Origin: Gemmatimonadaceae bacterium
GTDB taxonomy: Bacteria > Gemmatimonadota > Gemmatimonadetes > Gemmatimonadales > Gemmatimonadaceae
Direction of reading: 5' to 3'
Assembly: GCA_019745365.1 (NCBI GenBank)
Contig: JAIETI010000018.1
Coordinates: forward strand, 4,811-68,810
DNA: 64,000 nucleotides
The notes beneath the pieces are model-generated. The model did not search any database and was not told the DNA's origin. It saw nothing but the letters and a program-made list of their open reading frames with translations. Below, piece by piece: positions 31,112-40,419 of this stretch; the first letter of the stretch is position 1, and each line of letters opens with the position of its first letter. The position numbers were made by a program, and so were the translations under genes.

Positions 31112-31960
31112 ATGAACCGCCCACTCGACGCCGCGCAGTCCGCCATCACGGAGAACCGCCGTGTGCACGACCGTGCGGCGGCGCGGTATGATGCGGGGCA
31201 CCCCGAGATCTTCAACGACGTCGAGCAAGCGCGCTTAGCCGCGACGATCCCGCGCGTGCTGGCGGAGGTGCGCGATGCCCAAGGCCCGCCTCGCGTCCTC
31301 GACGTCGGCGCGGGCACGGGGAATCTCACGCGTCACTTCCTCGCGGCGGGGGCGCACGTCACGGCGGCGGACCTGTCCGAAGGGATGCTCGCAATCGTCC
31401 GGGGTCGGTTCGCACACACCGGACGGTTGGAGACGCTGCCGCTCGACGGCGTCGACCTCCGGGGCATCCCCGATGCGACGTTCGACGTCGTCGCGGCCTA
31501 CAGCGTGCTCCATCATGTCCCGGATTACCTCGCGCTGGTGCGCGACATGGTCCGCGTGACCCGCCCCGGTGGCGTGGTGTATCTCGACCACGAACGGGAT
31601 GACAGCGCGTGGAGCCCGTCGAGCGCGTACCTAGCGTTTCTTGTCGACGCGGTAGTCTTTCCACCACGCCGGTGGACGCGCTATCTGAACCCGAAGAAGT
31701 ACTGGAACCGCGTGCGCCCGCTCTTGGTCTGGCAACGCTGGCGGAATCCGCGCTGGATGCCGGAGGGGGACCTCCACATCTGGCCCGACGACCACATCGA
31801 GTGGGCGAAGATCCGCGACGTGTTGGCTGCGTCCGGGGCGGCACCCATCATCGATGAGGCGTATCTCCTCTTCGAACGCCGCTATCAGCGCGACGCGTGG
31901 GAGCAGCACCGTACTCGCACCGCCGACACGCGGATGCTCGTCGCGCGCCGCACCACCTGA
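31112..31960 (+). CDS. class I SAM-dependent methyltransferase
   Basis: The VLDVGAGTGNLTRHF motif I is followed by an acidic loop (AADLSEGML). The ATG at 31112 removes the Arg/Pro-rich 5' extension of the track ORF. This is the only + strand gene right of 27.5 kb. Confidence 0.8.
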   Translation: MNRPLDAAQSAITENRRVHDRAAARYDAGHPEIFNDVEQARLAATIPRVLAEVRDAQGPPRVLDVGAGTGNLTRHFLAAGAHVTAADLSEGMLAIVRGRFAHTGRLETLPLDGVDLRGIPDATFDVVAAYSVLHHVPDYLALVRDMVRVTRPGGVVYLDHERDDSAWSPSSAYLAFLVDAVVFPPRRWTRYLNPKKYWNRVRPLLVWQRWRNPRWMPEGDLHIWPDDHIEWAKIRDVLAASGAAPIIDEAYLLFERRYQRDAWEQHRTRTADTRMLVARRTT

Positions 31961-31963
31961 CAG

Positions 31964-32037
<74 letters not shown>

Positions 32038-32067
32038 GATGGGCAGAAACTAATCGACTCGCGCGGG

Positions 32068-32598
32068 TCACGCGATCAGGACCGAATGCACCGCGGTGTC
32101 GCTGAGCACTCGGCGCCCGCCAAGTGCCGGAAGCTCCAGCAGCACCGACACGCCGAGCACCGTTGCCCCGCTCTGCCGGACGAGCCGCGCGGCGGCGGCC
32201 GCCGTCCCGCCGGTCGCGAGGACGTCGTCAACGATGACGACGCGATCGCCGACCGACAACGCATCGCGATGAAGTTCGAGCGCATCCTCGCCGTATTCGA
32301 GTGCGTAGCGCTCGCGATACACCGCGGCGGGCAGCTTGCCGGGTTTGCGCAGCGGGACGAATCCCGCGCCGGTCTCCGCCGCGATCGGTGCGCCGAAGAT
32401 GAAGCCTCGACTCTCGATACCCACGATGGCAGTCGGCGCGGCCTCGCGGAACGGTTGGATCATTGCCGCACACACGCCCGCCAGTGCTTCGCCATCGCGG
32501 AGGAGCGGCGTGATGTCCTGGAAGAGGATGCCGGGCTTCGGGAAATCCGGCACCGGCCGCAACATCGCGCGCCAACGGTCGCGCCGGTCGGCGGTCAT
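32068..32598 (-). CDS. apt: adenine phosphoribosyltransferase
   Basis: Contains PDFPKPGILFQDITPLL and the PRPP motif VVIVDDVLATGGTA. ATG 32598 overlaps the acyP stop. The 59 upstream codons of the track ORF are rejected. Confidence 0.92.
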   Translation of the reverse strand: MTADRRDRWRAMLRPVPDFPKPGILFQDITPLLRDGEALAGVCAAMIQPFREAAPTAIVGIESRGFIFGAPIAAETGAGFVPLRKPGKLPAAVYRERYALEYGEDALELHRDALSVGDRVVIVDDVLATGGTAAAAARLVRQSGATVLGVSVLLELPALGGRRVLSDTAVHSVLIA

Positions 32599-32873
32599 CG
32601 GCGCACCTCGAACGGCGTCGGGAGTATCTCGTCGCGCACCACTGGCGCTCGCGCTACCTCGCGGACCTGGGACGCCGGCGGCCCCTGTTGCAGTCGCGAC
32701 GCGAGCGCGACGAGCGCGCCATCCGACCCATCGGCCAGCACCTCGACCGACCCGTCGGGGAGGTTGCGCACCCACCCACTGAGGCCGAGTGCCGTCGCCT
32801 CACGGCGCACGAAGTACCGAAAGCCGACCCCCTGGACCACGCCATGCACCACGAACCGGCTCGCTGACATCAC
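32595..32873 (-). CDS. acyP: acylphosphatase
   Basis: 92 aa with VHGVVQGVGFRYFV and GWVRNLPDGSVEV signature motifs. Confidence 0.9.
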   Translation of the reverse strand: MMSASRFVVHGVVQGVGFRYFVRREATALGLSGWVRNLPDGSVEVLADGSDGALVALASRLQQGPPASQVREVARAPVVRDEILPTPFEVRR

Positions 32874-33529
32874 GCGTCCCAGCCGTGTTCACCGACCAAC
32901 GGCACGAATCGGACGTCCGCGATCGTCCGCTCCGTCGTGCCCGTGGCGGTGCGCGTCACTTCGAGGAGGCTCTGCCCCTCTCGGCCGCCGACGGGGATCA
33001 ACAAGCGGCCGCCGATCGCGAGTTGCGCCACCAGTGGTGCCGGGACGTCGGGCGATGCGGCCCCGACGAGGATCGCATCGAATGGCGCGTACGCGCGCCA
33101 GCCAAGCGTCCCGTCGCCATGCATCAGCGAGATGTTCGGATAGGCGAGTGCCCCGAGAATCTGCCGTGCGTTGTCGAGCAACGGGGCGACGCGTTCGATG
33201 GAGAACACCTGACCGGCGAGCTGTGCGAGCAGCGCAGTCTGGAACCCCGAGCCCGTGCCGATCTCCAACACGCGCTCTGAGCCAGTGAGCGCCAAGAGTT
33301 CGAGGTACCGCGCATGCACCCAGGGCTGACTGATCGTTTGCCCGTTGCCGATCGGAAGCGCGGCATCATCGTAGGCGCGATGCTGTACCCCCGTCGGCAC
33401 GAAACGATGACGCGGCACGACGTCGAACGCGTGCAACACGTTCAGATCACGGATGCCTTTCGCGCGCAGCGCCTCGATGAGTCGTCGGCGGGCGCCGCCG
33501 AACTGCTGCCCTACAGCGGACGCCACCAC
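32870..33529 (-). CDS. pcm: protein-L-isoaspartate O-methyltransferase
   Basis: Contains VPRHRFVP, GQTISQP, VLEIGTGSGFQTALLA and the LVGEHGW C-terminus. The GTG at 33529 or 33526 gives about 220 aa. The track ORF over-extends into surE. Confidence 0.88.
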   Translation of the reverse strand: MVASAVGQQFGGARRRLIEALRAKGIRDLNVLHAFDVVPRHRFVPTGVQHRAYDDAALPIGNGQTISQPWVHARYLELLALTGSERVLEIGTGSGFQTALLAQLAGQVFSIERVAPLLDNARQILGALAYPNISLMHGDGTLGWRAYAPFDAILVGAASPDVPAPLVAQLAIGGRLLIPVGGREGQSLLEVTRTATGTTERTIADVRFVPLVGEHGWDA

Positions 33530-34269
33530 TTCGCCGCATCGTCGAGTCGATCGCGGTCCGTGAGGTCGAGGTGGAGAGGCGTGACCGAGACGTACCCGTC
33601 GTGCACCGCGCGGAAATCGGAGTCCTCGGAACCGCTCCACGCGACCGAGCCCCCACCGATCCAATAGATCTGCCGACCCCACGGGTCCTTCATCGGCGTC
33701 AACGAGTCGGAGAACACGCGCCGACCCAGGCGCGTCAGCTTCACGCCCTTGATGCGGTCCGCCGGGACGGCGGGGAGATTCACGTTGAGCAACGTCCCTT
33801 CGGGGAAATCCGGGAGCGCGAGGACATGCCGCAACAGATTTGAGAGATGCGGGATCTGATCATCGAGCAGCGCATCCGCGCGCAACACACTGCCCGCGAA
33901 CGAGACCGCGATCGAGCGGATCCCGAGCGCGAGTCCTTCCATCGCCGCCGCGACTGTCCCCGAGTAGAGGACATCCTCCCCCATGTTCGGACCATGATTC
34001 ACGCCGCTGATCACGACATCAGGCTTGTCGGCGAGGAGCGCCGAGACTGCCAGCAGCACACAATCCGTCGGCGTACCATCTACCTGCCACCGCCGCTCCC
34101 CCAGCCGGACGGGGCGCAGCGGGTGGTGCATCGTGAGCGAATGTGAGGTCGCACTCTGCTCCCGGTCGGGTGCGACGACCGAGACCTCACCGATACCGTC
34201 GCAGGCGCGTTCGAGCGCCTGCAGGCCGCGGGCGAGGACACCATCGTCGTTGCTCAGGAGGATGCGCAT
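33511..34269 (-). CDS. surE: 5'/3'-nucleotidase SurE
   Basis: 252 aa with MRILLSNDDGV, GINHGPN-like (GVNHGPNMG) and YSGTVAAA motifs. Forms the classic surE-pcm pair. Confidence 0.95.
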   Translation of the reverse strand: MRILLSNDDGVLARGLQALERACDGIGEVSVVAPDREQSATSHSLTMHHPLRPVRLGERRWQVDGTPTDCVLLAVSALLADKPDVVISGVNHGPNMGEDVLYSGTVAAAMEGLALGIRSIAVSFAGSVLRADALLDDQIPHLSNLLRHVLALPDFPEGTLLNVNLPAVPADRIKGVKLTRLGRRVFSDSLTPMKDPWGRQIYWIGGGSVAWSGSEDSDFRAVHDGYVSVTPLHLDLTDRDRLDDAAKWWRPL

Positions 34270-34628
34270 CAGGGGCGTGGCGGTGGGGTGAGGAGCGCGA
34301 GGAGCTGCTGCAACTCCTCCTCGAGGGAGCGGATGGTCTGGACATCGAGACCGTGGCGCGCAGCCGGGCGTACCCCGCCCGCGCGGCGATACTCATCGAC
34401 CTTCTGCTTGGCGCCTTCGATCGTGTACTTCTCGGTGTACAGCAGGTGCTTCACGAGCTGCACGAGCTCGATCTCGCGTCGGGAATAGACGCGATTGCCG
34501 GAACGGTTCTTCGCCGGGCTTAGGATGCGGAACTGACTCTCCCAGTAGCGCAGCACATGCGGCTTCAGATCCGTGAGTTCGCACACATCCCCGATGGAGA
34601 AGAACTCCTGCACCGGTTCCGACGCCAT
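34269..34628 (-). CDS. MerR-family transcriptional regulator
   Basis: FSIGDVCELTDLKPHVLRYWESQF...NRSGNRVYSRREIELV is a MerR-type winged HTH. ATG 34628 sits 1 nt after the gpsA stop. The alternative start at 34655 would overlap gpsA. Confidence 0.8.
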   Translation of the reverse strand: MASEPVQEFFSIGDVCELTDLKPHVLRYWESQFRILSPAKNRSGNRVYSRREIELVQLVKHLLYTEKYTIEGAKQKVDEYRRAGGVRPAARHGLDVQTIRSLEEELQQLLALLTPPPRP

Positions 34629-34629
34629 C

Positions 34630-35625
34630 TCAGTCCTGCTCCCGGCGGAGCCCACGCCCCATCAGTTCGACGAGCGCCCACCGTGCGGGTTGCCGCTCGA
34701 AGAGGATCCGATGCACGGCATTCACGATCGGCATCTCCACCCCTTCGCGCGCAGCGAGCGCGAAGGTGCTCTCCGTGGTGACCACGCCCTCGGCGACCGT
34801 TTCGCGGCCAGCGAGGACTTCCGCGAGCGTCGCCCCGCGCCCGATCTCCAGTCCGACGGTGCGATTGCGGCTCAGCGATCCCGTGCACGTGAGCACGAGA
34901 TCCCCGACGCCCGCGAGCCCCGCAAAGGTCAGGGGGTTCGCCCCGAGCTTCGCGCCGAGGCGCGCCATCTCCGCCAGCCCGCGCGTGATCAACGCGGCGC
35001 GAGCATTGAATCCCAACTGTAAGCCATCGCAGATCCCAGTCGCGATCGCCATCACGTTCTTGAGTGCCCCGCCGAGTTCGACGCCGACGACGTCATCCGT
35101 GGTGTAGACCCGGAAGTGCGGCGCGGAGAAGAGCTGCTGCGTGAGCTCGGCGGCGCTGGCATCTGTGCTCGCCGCGACCACCGCCGTGGGAAGGCGCTGC
35201 CCGACTTCCGCTGCGAAACTCGGCCCCGAGAGCGCAACGACGGGGCGACCGCCGAGTTCCTGATGAATCACGTCAGTCATGAGCGCGAACGACACGCGCT
35301 CGATCCCCTTCGTCGCGACGACGAGCGTGGCGGTGGGATCGATCCACGCGCGCGCATGCGACGCGACCTCGCGCAGCACATGCGACGGTGCCGCGAACAC
35401 CACCACACTCGCGCCCGCGAGCGCAGCCGCTTTGTCGGTGGTCGCCCGCAGGCTCTCGTGCAGCACGACCCCGGGGAGGAAACGCGGATTCGTATGCGCG
35501 GCCATGATGCTCTCCGCCACGTCGGGCTCGAGCGCCCAGAGTGTCGTCGCATGACCATTCTCCGCGAGCAGATTGGCCAGCGCCGTGCCCCAGGCGCCCG
35601 CCCCGAGTACGGCGCAACGCATCAC
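34630..35625 (-). CDS. gpsA: NAD(P)H-dependent glycerol-3-phosphate dehydrogenase
   Basis: 331 aa with the VLGAGAWGTALA Rossmann motif, GALKNV, and the NRTVG motif. Confidence 0.95.
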   Translation of the reverse strand: MMRCAVLGAGAWGTALANLLAENGHATTLWALEPDVAESIMAAHTNPRFLPGVVLHESLRATTDKAAALAGASVVVFAAPSHVLREVASHARAWIDPTATLVVATKGIERVSFALMTDVIHQELGGRPVVALSGPSFAAEVGQRLPTAVVAASTDASAAELTQQLFSAPHFRVYTTDDVVGVELGGALKNVMAIATGICDGLQLGFNARAALITRGLAEMARLGAKLGANPLTFAGLAGVGDLVLTCTGSLSRNRTVGLEIGRGATLAEVLAGRETVAEGVVTTESTFALAAREGVEMPIVNAVHRILFERQPARWALVELMGRGLRREQD

Positions 35626-36251
35626 GCCGTCGCCCCCGGACGACCGATGCGCGGCTCCTCACCGCGCCGCAGCCGACCGATGTTCGCCCGGTGGGTCCAG
35701 CACACGAAGATGGCGATGAGCAACGCCACCTCGAACGTCACCACCCGCACGCCGTCGCGCCACGCGATGGCGAAGGGGAGCGCGATCGCGGCGAGCATGG
35801 AGCCGAGCGAGACGAAACGTGTGATCGCCACGACTGCCGCGAAGACGACCAGCACGATCGCCAACGGGATCGGTGCGATGGCGGCGAACACGCCAGCGGC
35901 CGTCGCGACCCCCTTCCCGCCCCCCTTCCCCCAGAGGAAGATCGGCTTCGCATGCCCGATGATCGCGAGAGTCCCGTACATCACGCCGAGCGCGAGGTAT
36001 TGATCCGGGTACTCTGGCGTCGTGAGCACGAGCCGCGGAAGGAGCAACGCCGGGAGCGCCCCCTTCGTCGCATCAAGAAGGAGCACCGCCACCGCGGGCC
36101 AGGCGCCGAGCGTCCGATAGACGTTCGTGGCGCCCAAGTTCCCGGATCCAACCGTCCGCAGATCGATCCCCTTCAGCAGGCGCCCCGCGAGATACGCGAA
36201 CGGGACGGAGCCCGCGAGGTACGAGAGTACCATCGCGATGACGGGACTCAC
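35622..36251 (-). CDS. plsY: glycerol-3-phosphate acyltransferase PlsY
   Basis: 209 aa, polytopic, with GSGNLGATNVYR and GGKGVAT motifs. Confidence 0.93.
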   Translation of the reverse strand: MSPVIAMVLSYLAGSVPFAYLAGRLLKGIDLRTVGSGNLGATNVYRTLGAWPAVAVLLLDATKGALPALLLPRLVLTTPEYPDQYLALGVMYGTLAIIGHAKPIFLWGKGGGKGVATAAGVFAAIAPIPLAIVLVVFAAVVAITRFVSLGSMLAAIALPFAIAWRDGVRVVTFEVALLIAIFVCWTHRANIGRLRRGEEPRIGRPGATA

Positions 36252-37558
36252 GCGGACTTCCGCCGGAGGATGATGCGCAGCGGATTCCCGAGGAACGGCC
36301 AGCGCTCCCGGAACCCGTTGTGCAGATAGCGGATGTAGTGCTCCTGCACGAGCTCGGGGTGATTGCCGAACACCGCGATGGTCGGTGGGGCGGTCTCAAC
36401 CTGGGTGGCGTACTTGAGTCGTACTTCACGCCCCGCCGCCTGCGGCGGCTGCCGCCGCGCGAGCAACTCTTCCAACGCCTGATTGACCTGCGACGTCGGG
36501 ATGCGCAGCGCACGTTCGGCCTCGACCTGCAGGATCACGTCGAGCACCTTGGTCACCCGCTGCCCGGTGACGGCCGAGGTGAAGAGGAAGGGGACGAAGC
36601 CGAGGAACGGTGCCTTCTCCACACACTCCTTCTGGAAGTGCGCGGCCGTCTTGTCGCTCTTCTCCTTCAGGTCCCACTTGTTGACGATGATGATCAGGGC
36701 GCGCCCGGCCTCCCAGGCCATGTGCGCGATCTTGAGATCCTGATTGTGTAAGCCTTCGACCGCATCGATCATCAACAGGCAGATGTCGGCGCGATCGATC
36801 GCCCGTCGCGTCCGCAGCGACGAGTAGAACTCCACGCCATCGTCGATCTTCGACTGACGCCGCAGCCCAGCGGTATCGACGAAGATCAACTGCCGCTCGT
36901 GATAGGTGAACGGGGTATCGATCGAGTCGCGCGTCGTGCCCGCGACGGACGACACCACGAGCCGTTCCTCGCCGAGCAGTCGGTTCACGAAGGAGGACTT
37001 GCCAACGTTCGGGCGCCCGACGACCGCGACGCGCAGCACGTCCGGCGCTTCCGCGACCGGAGCGTCGGGAATCGCGGCCACGAGCGCGTCGAGAAGGTCG
37101 CCGGACCCTTTTCCGTTCGTCGCCGATACGGGAATCGGCTCACCGGCGCCGAGGCGGTAGAACTCGTAGTAGTTGGTGTCGCGCGGGTCATCGACCTTGT
37201 TGGCGAGCACGAGCCAAGGCTTCCGCGACTCGCGGAGGATCTCCATCACGCGCGCATCGCTGGGATGCAGGCCGATCTGCGCATCGACGACAAGGCAGAG
37301 CAGATCCGCCTCGGCGATCGCCTCGCGCACCTGACGCCGGATCGCGACATCCATCGGGAGGTTCGAGTCTTCAACGAGGCCGCCCGTATCGACGAGCCAG
37401 AATGCGCGCCCGTTCCACTCCGCCATCGCGAAGTGACGATCACGGGTCGTGCCCGCTTCCTCGGAGACGATCGCCTGATCGTCGCCGATGAGGCGGTTGA
37501 AGATGGAGGACTTCCCCACATTTGGGCGTCCGACGAGTGCGACCACCGGGATGTTCAC
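36248..37558 (-). CDS. der: ribosome-associated GTPase Der (EngA), tandem G domains
   Basis: 436 aa with two P-loops (GRPNVGKSS twice), two DTGG/DTAG motifs, two NKxD motifs, and a KH-like C-terminus. Confidence 0.95.
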   Translation of the reverse strand: MNIPVVALVGRPNVGKSSIFNRLIGDDQAIVSEEAGTTRDRHFAMAEWNGRAFWLVDTGGLVEDSNLPMDVAIRRQVREAIAEADLLCLVVDAQIGLHPSDARVMEILRESRKPWLVLANKVDDPRDTNYYEFYRLGAGEPIPVSATNGKGSGDLLDALVAAIPDAPVAEAPDVLRVAVVGRPNVGKSSFVNRLLGEERLVVSSVAGTTRDSIDTPFTYHERQLIFVDTAGLRRQSKIDDGVEFYSSLRTRRAIDRADICLLMIDAVEGLHNQDLKIAHMAWEAGRALIIIVNKWDLKEKSDKTAAHFQKECVEKAPFLGFVPFLFTSAVTGQRVTKVLDVILQVEAERALRIPTSQVNQALEELLARRQPPQAAGREVRLKYATQVETAPPTIAVFGNHPELVQEHYIRYLHNGFRERWPFLGNPLRIILRRKSA

Positions 37559-38844
37559 GCGACCTCCACGGTAGCGCCTTCGAGTTCGAGTACGTCGATG
37601 AAATCGTACGAGGGATACACAGGCATCGGGAACGCTTCTCGGACATCGACGAACCGTTCATCGTCGAGGAAGAGCCCCTGATCGTTGATCGTCTCGGCGG
37701 GGATGAGGGCCAGGTCGAGATCGACCCGGCCTTGCAGCGCGGTGCGGATATCGGCCCCGACGAGCAGTCCCGCCGTCGTCGTGGTCGGGCCGAACAGTGA
37801 GTTCTCGACCGGGAGGAGCTCGAAGTGCGCGCCGGTCACGGCGGTGAGTTGCGAGAGCAGATCGGGCATCAGCGGCGCCATCGAGGTGCCCGTGACCACG
37901 CCGATCCGCTTGCCGTCGAGCCGCGGGAGACGCGAGAGCCCCTCGCCCACGCGTTGACGGAGCGAGGCCACGGCCCCGACCCCGTTCTCGATCTGCGGGA
38001 ACTCGCCGTAGTAGTCCGCGGTGGGCAGAGTTCTCCCGGCGAGCAGCCAGAGCTCGTCGGAGCCGAACACCCACTTCTCGCTACGCTCTGCCACTGCACG
38101 CGCCTGCCAGCGATCGACCACCTGCAAGAGCCCTTCGGCCGACACGGCGTCCATCGACTTGCCGGTGTAGAGATGCGAGAACTGCGTCAGCCCGACCGGG
38201 ATGATCGCGACGGAGAGACAGTTCGCACCGAACGAGTACAGATCGGTCAGTGACTGCTCGAGGACGTCGCCGTCGTTGAGTCCCGGGACGATGACCATCT
38301 GCCCGTGGAAGTCGATCCCACCTTCCGTCAACCGCGTCAGCTGCTCGACGATGTTCGGCACGCGTGGGTTGTTGAGCAACACCTTGCGTGCCTCCCACGG
38401 CGTCGCGTGCACGGAGACGTAGAGCGGCGACAAGCGATACTCGAGGATGCGCGCGATATCGCGCTCCTTCACGTTCGAGAGCGTCGCGAAGTTCCCGTAG
38501 GCGAACGACAAACGATAGTCGTCGTCACGGATGTAGAGCGGCTTCCGCAGCCCCTTCGGCAGTCCTTCGATGAAGCAGAACTCGCATCGGTTCGCGCAGC
38601 GACGCACCGTCGGCGGTTCGAGCTCGACGCCGAGCGGCTCACCGTCCTCGCGTTCGATGTCATACACGACGCGCTCACCGCCGGGGAGTTCCGCTTCGAC
38701 TTCGAAGGCATCACTCGCGGTGAGGAACTCCCAGTCGAGAAAGTCGGCGAGCTCGCGCCCGTCCACGGTCAACAACGCCGTGCCGGGGATGATCCCCAGC
38801 TGGTCGGCGATGCTGCCGGGAGCGATGCGGAGGGCGCGGACCAT
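37555..38844 (-). CDS. DUF512-family protein with N-terminal PDZ-like domain and a Cys-rich radical-SAM-like motif
   Basis: Starts MVRALRIAPGSIADQLGI (PDZ-like), then CANRCEFCFIEGLP and DDDYRLSFAYGNFATLSN, which are typical of DUF512. ATG 38844 removes the Arg-rich extension of the track ORF. Confidence 0.72.
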   Translation of the reverse strand: MVRALRIAPGSIADQLGIIPGTALLTVDGRELADFLDWEFLTASDAFEVEAELPGGERVVYDIEREDGEPLGVELEPPTVRRCANRCEFCFIEGLPKGLRKPLYIRDDDYRLSFAYGNFATLSNVKERDIARILEYRLSPLYVSVHATPWEARKVLLNNPRVPNIVEQLTRLTEGGIDFHGQMVIVPGLNDGDVLEQSLTDLYSFGANCLSVAIIPVGLTQFSHLYTGKSMDAVSAEGLLQVVDRWQARAVAERSEKWVFGSDELWLLAGRTLPTADYYGEFPQIENGVGAVASLRQRVGEGLSRLPRLDGKRIGVVTGTSMAPLMPDLLSQLTAVTGAHFELLPVENSLFGPTTTTAGLLVGADIRTALQGRVDLDLALIPAETINDQGLFLDDERFVDVREAFPMPVYPSYDFIDVLELEGATVEVA

Positions 38845-38849
38845 GGTGC

Positions 38850-40358
38850 CTACTTGAGGGTGTAGCGCCAGCCGATGATACCGGCGCCGGTGCCGACCAG
38901 GGCGACCGGCTTCGCGCCCTTCGCGGCGAGCGCGTCGACTTTGTCGGTGGCGGTGGCCACGACCTTCCCATCCTTCGCGAGGAACTCGACGGTGAGCGTC
39001 CACGACGCCGGCGCGGCCCCGAGGTTTGTGACAGTCCCGTTCCACGACCATGCTTCGGTGCGGCCGCGACGTTGGAAGTCCTGCACCTCGACGCGCACGG
39101 GCGCCTTCTGCTCCAACCCGACCATCGCAATGATCGAATCAGTAAGCGCCGCCGCCTTCTTGGCATCCTTCTCGAACTTCTTGCGCTCCTGCACGACCAT
39201 GCGGCGCAGCTTCCAGGAATCCGCGGAGAGTGGATCGATCGCGGCGAGCCGCTCCACGATCGGGGCCATCTTGTCAGGCTGGTCCGACGCGAAGTACACG
39301 TTGCTCAGGTTGTAGAGCGCGTCGCGGTTGTACGGGCTCTGCACCAGCCCGGCCTCGAAAAGCGTCGCGGCATCTTTCCACTGCTTGCTGGCGGCACTCG
39401 CGCCGCCCGCCTCGAAGAGCTGACCCGCAGGGTATTTCGCGGGATTCTCCAGCATCTCCTTGAAGAGGCTCGCCACCGCGCCGGTCTCGCCCGCATCCTG
39501 CAGCGCCCGCGCGTACGCGGCGCGCGCATTCACGATATCGGCGCCCTCGGGGAAGTCGCGGATATACTTCTCGAAGATCGTCGACGCGGCTTTCACGGCC
39601 GCCTTCTTCTCGTCACCCGCGAGCGCATTCGCGCGCTGCATCGAGAGCACCCCGAGGTTGAACGTCAGCTGGGCCCGGACCTTCGGATCGATCCGCGGGT
39701 TCGCCAAGGTGCGCTCGTACGTGCTGATCGCGGCGGGCAGATCGTTCTTCGCTTGGTAGGACTGCGCGAGCACCTGCAACGCGGAGGACGACCGCGGATC
39801 CGACCCCATGATCCGCAGCGAGCGCTGTGCATCCGCGATCGCCGCGTCATACTGTTGCTTCCCGAAGGCGGTGATCGCCGCGTTCATCGCCGGCAATCCG
39901 ACCTGCCCCCGATACAGGTTTGTCGAGTCCGAACACATCGGCATCTTCTGCTCGACGACGCTGAAGACCGAATCGATCATGTGCAACAGGTCGACCTTCT
40001 CCTCCGTTCGGTCCTCGAATCCGAGGCGGCCGCGCGTGGTCAGGTCGGTCATGCCGATGATGCGCGCGCGGAAGAAGATCAAAGTCTTGCCGAGCAGATA
40101 GGCGCGCCCGACCGGGTTCGACGCATCGATGCGCTCGGCGCTCTTGGTGAGCACGCCGACGGAGGAGCGAAGGTGCTTCTCTTTCTCGTCATCCCTCGAG
40201 GACTTGAGGAACTGGTCGATGTAGATCCATGACCCGTTCACTTGGAACGGCTTCCGTTGTTCGATCGCGCACGCCGCACCCGAGGGCTGCTGCGCTTCGA
40301 GCAGCCCCGCGCCGACCAACATCGCCACGACGATTCTCCGTCCCTGCATCGTTCCCAT
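38850..40358 (-). CDS. secreted TPR-like repeat protein with C-terminal beta domain (function unknown)
   Basis: ATG 40358 is preceded by GGAGAGG. Has a signal peptide (RRIVVAMLVGAGLLEAQQ), Ala-rich helical repeats, and a ~100-aa C-terminal domain. Confidence 0.6.
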   Translation of the reverse strand: MGTMQGRRIVVAMLVGAGLLEAQQPSGAACAIEQRKPFQVNGSWIYIDQFLKSSRDDEKEKHLRSSVGVLTKSAERIDASNPVGRAYLLGKTLIFFRARIIGMTDLTTRGRLGFEDRTEEKVDLLHMIDSVFSVVEQKMPMCSDSTNLYRGQVGLPAMNAAITAFGKQQYDAAIADAQRSLRIMGSDPRSSSALQVLAQSYQAKNDLPAAISTYERTLANPRIDPKVRAQLTFNLGVLSMQRANALAGDEKKAAVKAASTIFEKYIRDFPEGADIVNARAAYARALQDAGETGAVASLFKEMLENPAKYPAGQLFEAGGASAASKQWKDAATLFEAGLVQSPYNRDALYNLSNVYFASDQPDKMAPIVERLAAIDPLSADSWKLRRMVVQERKKFEKDAKKAAALTDSIIAMVGLEQKAPVRVEVQDFQRRGRTEAWSWNGTVTNLGAAPASWTLTVEFLAKDGKVVATATDKVDALAAKGAKPVALVGTGAGIIGWRYTLK

Positions 40359-40419
40359 CCTCTCCGAGTTGAACGCGCCTCCCGCTGACCGAGGCGCACG
40401 GTGAATCCGACCCAACATC